From positions 14,694,001 through 14,758,000 of the forward strand of contig CM106585.1 of NCBI GenBank assembly GCA_048013815.1: 64,000 nucleotides of DNA. The letters run 5' to 3'. Of this stretch, positions 58,905 through 64,000 are shown in pieces. The stretch comes from Setoptus koraiensis (Eukaryota > Animalia > Arthropoda). Both the position numbers and the translations under genes were made by a program. The first letter of the stretch is position 1; each line of letters starts with the position of its first letter. The notes under the pieces are model-generated. The model ran no database searches, was not told the origin of the DNA, and saw nothing but the letters and a program-made list of their open reading frames with translations.

Positions 58905-59231
58905 TGCTGCCATCGCCGGCCAGAGCTAACGAGAACCAACGAGATTCAACTGGCGAGATGCTGGACGCCGATACCGGCCACAGCGACCTTCTTTTGATGG
59001 CTTCTTTAGATACTTTGTTTACTCTTGCGCTATCGAGACTCCACTGACAACTGGCCACTGGCGGCTAAACGGGCCGGCCGCAAGCCCGAGTCTCGGCTCG
59101 CCAGACCGGCCGACAATATCTGATAGCGACTAGCCACCTAATTGCAACTAATCGATCAGCAGTCAATCGGACAAGATCAAGAGGAACACTAATTACTTGC
59201 GCGCTCTCTCTCTCTCTCTCTCTCTGGCTCG

Positions 59232-59277
59232 GATATTATTATGGCTGCCATAGTAATATCGCAGCCATAATAATATC
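59232..59277. repeat. Perfect 17-bp inverted repeat with a 12-nt loop; the right arm is tandemly duplicated to about 59292
   Basis: GATATTATTATGGCTGC (59232-59248) and GCAGCCATAATAATATC (59261-59277). Confidence 0.92.
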
Positions 59278-60490
59278 GCAGCCATAATAATCATAATAAC
59301 ACACAATGTGAGCCAGTGGTAATATCTCTATCAACTATTACATAAGTGGCTGCTCGGTGGCTGCACTGGCAAAACGTGACCCACGTCACTGGGCCGCTTG
59401 TTACATAATTCATCTTTGTTGTTATTATTAGTTACTAACGACGCTGGCTGTTTTTTGTGAAAAACACAGCACCGAGAGCAAGAGAGATTGATTGGCTTCT
59501 CTCCGTTCGTCCGCCTGTTACTTTGTGCCTCTCGTCGACCAGTCTGCCAGCGACTCGAAGCTGCATCAATCTAATCTCACTCATCGACGCTTCGTTCGAT
59601 TGGCCGGCCGACAGCGGCACCACCACCAACAACAGCACCACCAACAACAACAGCACCACCACCAACAACAGCAACAACAGCAGCAACAACAGCAGCGACA
59701 GCAACAACAACAACAAGTGTGCTCCAGGTAACATCTTCACTTGGAGTTATTGGCTTTTGGCACGACTTTTTGATTTGAGACAACAATGCGAGCCGATTAA
59801 CTGGATTAATCAAACATAATCGTGATATAGCAACAAGTGCCTCCGAGAGCTGCAGCGATGCTAGTGATATCGAGCTCATATACTCTCAATCAATATCTCT
59901 CCTCGTTGCACCATTGCACCACTGCACCACTGCATCATGATGCGATGGCACCGTGGCATCATGGCACCATCGCATCATTGAATCATTGCATCATTGCATC
60001 ATCGCACCATTGAATCGTTGCATCGAATTGGTCGATTGGCCGATTGCAAACGATTGTTTGGTCAGTTAATTGGTGTACGTCATGTAATCTCTGTGCAACA
60101 AACAAACAAATGCACTGATAGAGCGAGGGGGCCCGACAGCGGCAAGAGGGTAGGGCCGGCCTACCCTTGCCCGTGCCCGTCTCACAGCATCAGTCTGATA
60201 CAGTTTGTAGTTGGTTGCGTCATGAGAGTTGCGCATAGGTACGCATCGAGCGCACAGTAAATCAAGTGCCAGTCGGGCTAATAATGCTCTCGGTTCGCCA
60301 CTACAGTTAGTGGCAGTTAAATAAATAAATAAAATGAGCGAATCAAATAAAAAAGCCAAAATCAAAGCCGAGAAATCAAGAATTGCGATTTGTGCATTGG
60401 GAATAATTGCACAATATTCATTGTGTGTATCAATAACTTTTATTATTATGTACACACACACACACACAACAAAAACAAATTGTTCCCTCC

Positions 60491-60575
60491 GAACCTTCGA
60501 AGTTGGAACCTTCGAAGCTGGAACCTTCGAAGTTGGAACCGTCCAAGTTGGAACGGCGGATCTCGGAACCTTCGA
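60491..60575. repeat. 15-bp tandem GAACCTTCGAAG(T/C)TG
   Basis: Units at 60491, 60506, 60521 and 60536, then degenerate. Confidence 0.9.
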
Positions 60576-61612
60576 AACTCGGCACGGCGGACCTTGGACG
60601 GGCGAGCGTTCGCATGCTCGAGCGTTGGCATGTTCGAACATTGAATGTTGCGTCGTTGTGTGCCCAACGAACGACTGACTGGGCCAAAAAGAAGCGATGT
60701 GTGGCTTGGGTCGCGATTCGCGAATTGAAGCGCACGATGGCCGCCGCTGTTAACTGCTTCTCTCATGTTGATTATGTCTGCTTGTTATGACGACTTTTGT
60801 CGATGATTCTTTTCGGTCTCGTACTGGTCTTGTGCTCGCATTATAAATAGTCCAGCGAGTGTGAGAAGGTGATGAGAACGAGAAAAAAGATGATCATCGT
60901 CTGCGCGCAACTTTGTATCGATATTCTATGCAAATTGCCTATCGCCATTATTATTGCCATTGAATTGTATTGAATTGCCAGTCGGACATGAAACTATTAA
61001 CGCCATTAGCGGCCTGATAGACTGCCTCTCACATTGTCAGACTGTATCTGTATCAGGCCAATGTTGGCCTGATATTAGGCCGATATTTGGCTGATATTAT
61101 GTATGCTAGTATGACGCAATAAGTTGATAAGTTGATGTTATTATGACGAGCATGATGATGCAACTGGCACCTAGACAATCAAAAGCAAAAGGCATCATGA
61201 TTGGCAAAGCTGACACGCACAGCCAAACAAGCAATTGCTTGGCATGGCTTGCAATGATAGCTACGATAGATACAAATAAACACTTGCAAATGCAAGCTGA
61301 TAATTTGTTTGATTGTTATTGCTGGCTTTTATTTGATGATGATACCATTTGATTTGTATCGTCATCGGGCGCGTACGAGTCGTCATGCGCTCAGCGATGG
61401 CCCCATGCCAGTGGCAGCTTTTGCCAGTTGCAATGGTTAGGAAGCATGAGAACGAATTAGAAAGAATGGCCATTTAGCCCGCCGAAGCCCGACGCAGCCT
61501 GACGAAGCCCGACGCAGCCCGTCGAAGCCCAACGCAGCCAAAAGAAGCGAGAAGAAGCGAGAAGAAGCCAGAGGAGCCAAAAGAAAAAACGAAAGAAAGA
61601 ATGGAAACGAAC

Positions 61613-61657
61613 GCAACAATTCTCTCCTTTGCTGCGGCTAATTCCTGCTCTCGTTGC
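61613..61657 (-). CDS. Candidate 45-nt upstream microexon of cut (coiled-coil-like QREQELAAAKERIVA)
   Basis: Acceptor ccattcgactcgtag|G, donor GC|GTTCGT, symmetric phase 2-2. The peptide loosely resembles CASP/CUX N-terminal coiled-coil sequence such as ELAAKERE. Not verified. Confidence 0.3.
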
Positions 61658-62510
61658 CTACGAGTCGAATGGGCGAACACACACAATTTGAATTGGCGAC
61701 TCGCTGCAAAGCTGACACGCCAATCATGACGCTTTATTAGCTCATCGGCACACACACTCTCGCGAATTGCGATCCAGTTCTCGTCTGAGTTGGCAATCGG
61801 CGCTGAATTGCGTCGATTGCGATTCGCCCAATCTCATTCTGATTCGATTAGAACGCTGCCTATATCCGCGCATGCAGCCGCCGGTGTCCGGCCGTCTGTG
61901 TCCGATAACAGTCCGGCCGGTCGGGTTTTGTCTAGTTTGGCCGGTGGAAATTGATAAAATAAAATTGAGCAGCTCGCGAGCAGCGACAGATACAATTCAA
62001 ATATTAAATATAAATGCCAGCACAAATGAATGGGCAAATCGAAGGTGCGGCGCTGATTGGCAATTAGACGGCGCTCACTCAGCACCTTTCATTTTGGCTC
62101 ATCTTTGTTTGTTTGCCAGCTCGAAGCCAGCCAGAGCGGGCTTTGTTGATGGGCTGGCCGATTTCGGCTCGACAGTGTGCATGTCCAATGGCAATTAGCA
62201 CGCAACCCAGAGGGCCGGCAATTTCCGACAATTGCCGACAAATCGAGCCACTTCGAGCCAGTTCGAGCCGACCGAGCGCAAACTGCAGCAACGCCGGCCA
62301 GCCCGTCATGTGTGGCCCTGGCTCGCCGGTCGCCTCCATTTCAATTTGTGTCTATGGGCTTCGGTGGGCTCGTTGCTATCGGCCGGGGGCCGCTCACACT
62401 TGCGCCTGATCGGGCCTCGCCGCGAACAAAACTGTTCTCTCGGCTCCAGTCCGACAGCTCGATCGAGGCTCGGCCAGCGAACGCGCCCCTTCTCACGCGT
62501 CATTGCGTCC

Positions 62511-62586
62511 TCGAAATTGCGGCTTCGAAATTGCGGCTTCGAAATTGCGGCTTCGAAATTGCGGCTTCGAAATTGCGGCTTCGAAA
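62511..62586. repeat. 14-bp tandem TCGAAATTGCGGCT, 5 copies
   Basis: Units at 62511, 62525, 62539, 62553 and 62567. Confidence 0.95.
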
Positions 62587-63515
62587 GTCAAGGCTTCGAA
62601 CGGCGAGCGGCGCAGGGCCAGTTTCGCACAGTCGAAGCCACATCGAGCTGGACGCGCCAATCTATACCGCGGCCAACCTATAGCAACCGGTGCCGCCTCG
62701 AAGCGCTGCTCGCTCGCTCTTTGGCTCGGCCCAATGCACAGCTCATCGAGCGGCCCCTCGCCGCTCGATTGGCGGCCCGTGCCGAGATCGGTCCGTTTGG
62801 CTCGGTGATTTCGCGCTCATCATCGGCGGCTGATGCGGCTGCGAACGCGAACGGCGCCCGAAATTGTTGCAATAGCGCCATTTATAATTGTTTATAATAG
62901 CGCCATTATGGCCGTTGCGTAAATTATTAGTGCGCAGGGGTCACAAACTAGTCGCTGACCAGTGGACGGCTCGCCGCACGCAGCTAACAAGGCGAATTGG
63001 CTGGCCAGTGGACGCGGCGGCGGCGGCGGCCCGACATCGGACGAGCGGACGAGCGGCCGGTAGGCCGATGTCGGGCTCTCGCGGTGGCCGAAACTGCGCC
63101 GACCGGCAACAATTCACACTGCGCTGGGCCAACTGCGGCCGCTTGCGTTGCGCAATATTATCTAATGCACACATTAGCCAGTGTCCGACAGCCAGTTGTT
63201 GTTGGCTAATGTTTTCATGCTGCGATAACGAGCGCATCAATTGATTTATTTGCAAATGTCAAGTCGCTGCAACCTTCGAGAGCTGCCAGCGCCAATTTAA
63301 ATGTGAGCGCCTATTATCCGCTGTTGGCCAATTGAGTTTCACTGTTGCCACGACGCCGCGCTCCTCGCACGGAGATGCCAAAACGAAGCTTCCACCAAAA
63401 AGAAGCGAGAGAATCGCCGTTCCCTCGTTCGACAGCAACCACTTGACAACGCATTCTCGCTGGCAGCGCATTCTCTCGCTTGGCACGATACCATTTATAC
63501 CACTGGTCAGTTTAT

Positions 63516-63657
63516 ATTGATACCACTGGTCAGTTCACATTGATACCACTGGCCGGTTTATATTGACGCTGTTGGCCAATTCGCATTGATACCATTGGCC
63601 AGTTCGCACTGATACCATTGGCCAGTTCGCACTGATACCATTGGCCAGTTGGCATTG
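63516..63657. repeat. About 23-bp degenerate minisatellite (TGATACCA(C/T)TGG(C/T)CAGTTCGCA(C/T)), about 6 copies
   Basis: Direct reading of the sequence. Confidence 0.85.
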
Positions 63658-64000
63658 GCCGCGGACGCAATTGGCGATGGACAGCACAAAATAAGCGAGA
63701 TGCTGCGTATGTATCGCAGCATTCAATTGGTCGTGTCATGATAAACATAAACAACGTAAATCAGCGCCAACTTTAGCGAGATTGGCATCGATTATTAATT
63801 ATTGGCTATTAATCATTAGATTATTTATTGATTTCATTAGTTTAATTTATTTGCCCGGCGCAGCCACCGAATCAACAGGTTGCCCCAGCGGCCCGAGACA
63901 CGATGCATTAACGAGAAACAAACAACGCGCTGCCCGCCCAATGAATGGAGCCAATCTAAAAATAGCCAATACTCAGCCAAGACTCAATCGGCGAGATTTG

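Noticed and set aside
11808-63657. Tandem arrays considered as CRISPR arrays or transposon termini
   Set aside because: Units are 8-24 bp head-to-tail with no unique spacers, no cas or transposase ORFs and no TIR/TSD pairs; the context is eukaryotic.
42600-64000. Numerous 60-220 aa ORFs on both strands (likewise 11000-28600)
   Set aside because: R/A/S/C/P-rich or homopolymeric translations of GC-rich simple repeats, without domain motifs or consistent splice structure.

Overview
Eukaryotic (arthropod) genomic DNA, most consistent with a compact mite genome, possibly eriophyoid (inference from the chelicerate-type GluCl, a very intron-poor kinesin and SSR-rich non-coding DNA). In order: an intronless short-chain dehydrogenase (+); an orphan secreted protein with a Lys-rich amphipathic core (-); a glutamate-gated chloride channel gene (-; exons 2-6 at 5191-9809, most plausible signal-peptide exon about 14.7 kb upstream at 24493-24566); a 3-exon KIF21/Klp31E kinesin-4 with a WD40 tail (+; 28683-33373, split by the ORF track only at introns); a rearranged inverted partial copy of that kinesin immediately downstream (-; 33848-35511); and the 3' part of a cut/CUX gene (-; 37489-41941). 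The cut frame has three CUT repeats but stops right after CUT3, and I found no homeodomain. The remaining 22 kb is low-complexity intronic or upstream DNA of cut with many short tandem arrays. I saw no rRNA, tRNA, CRISPR array or recognisable intact transposon. Most short ORFs in the track are artefacts of GC-rich simple repeats. All alignments, counts and folds were done by eye; comparisons with other species are from memory.
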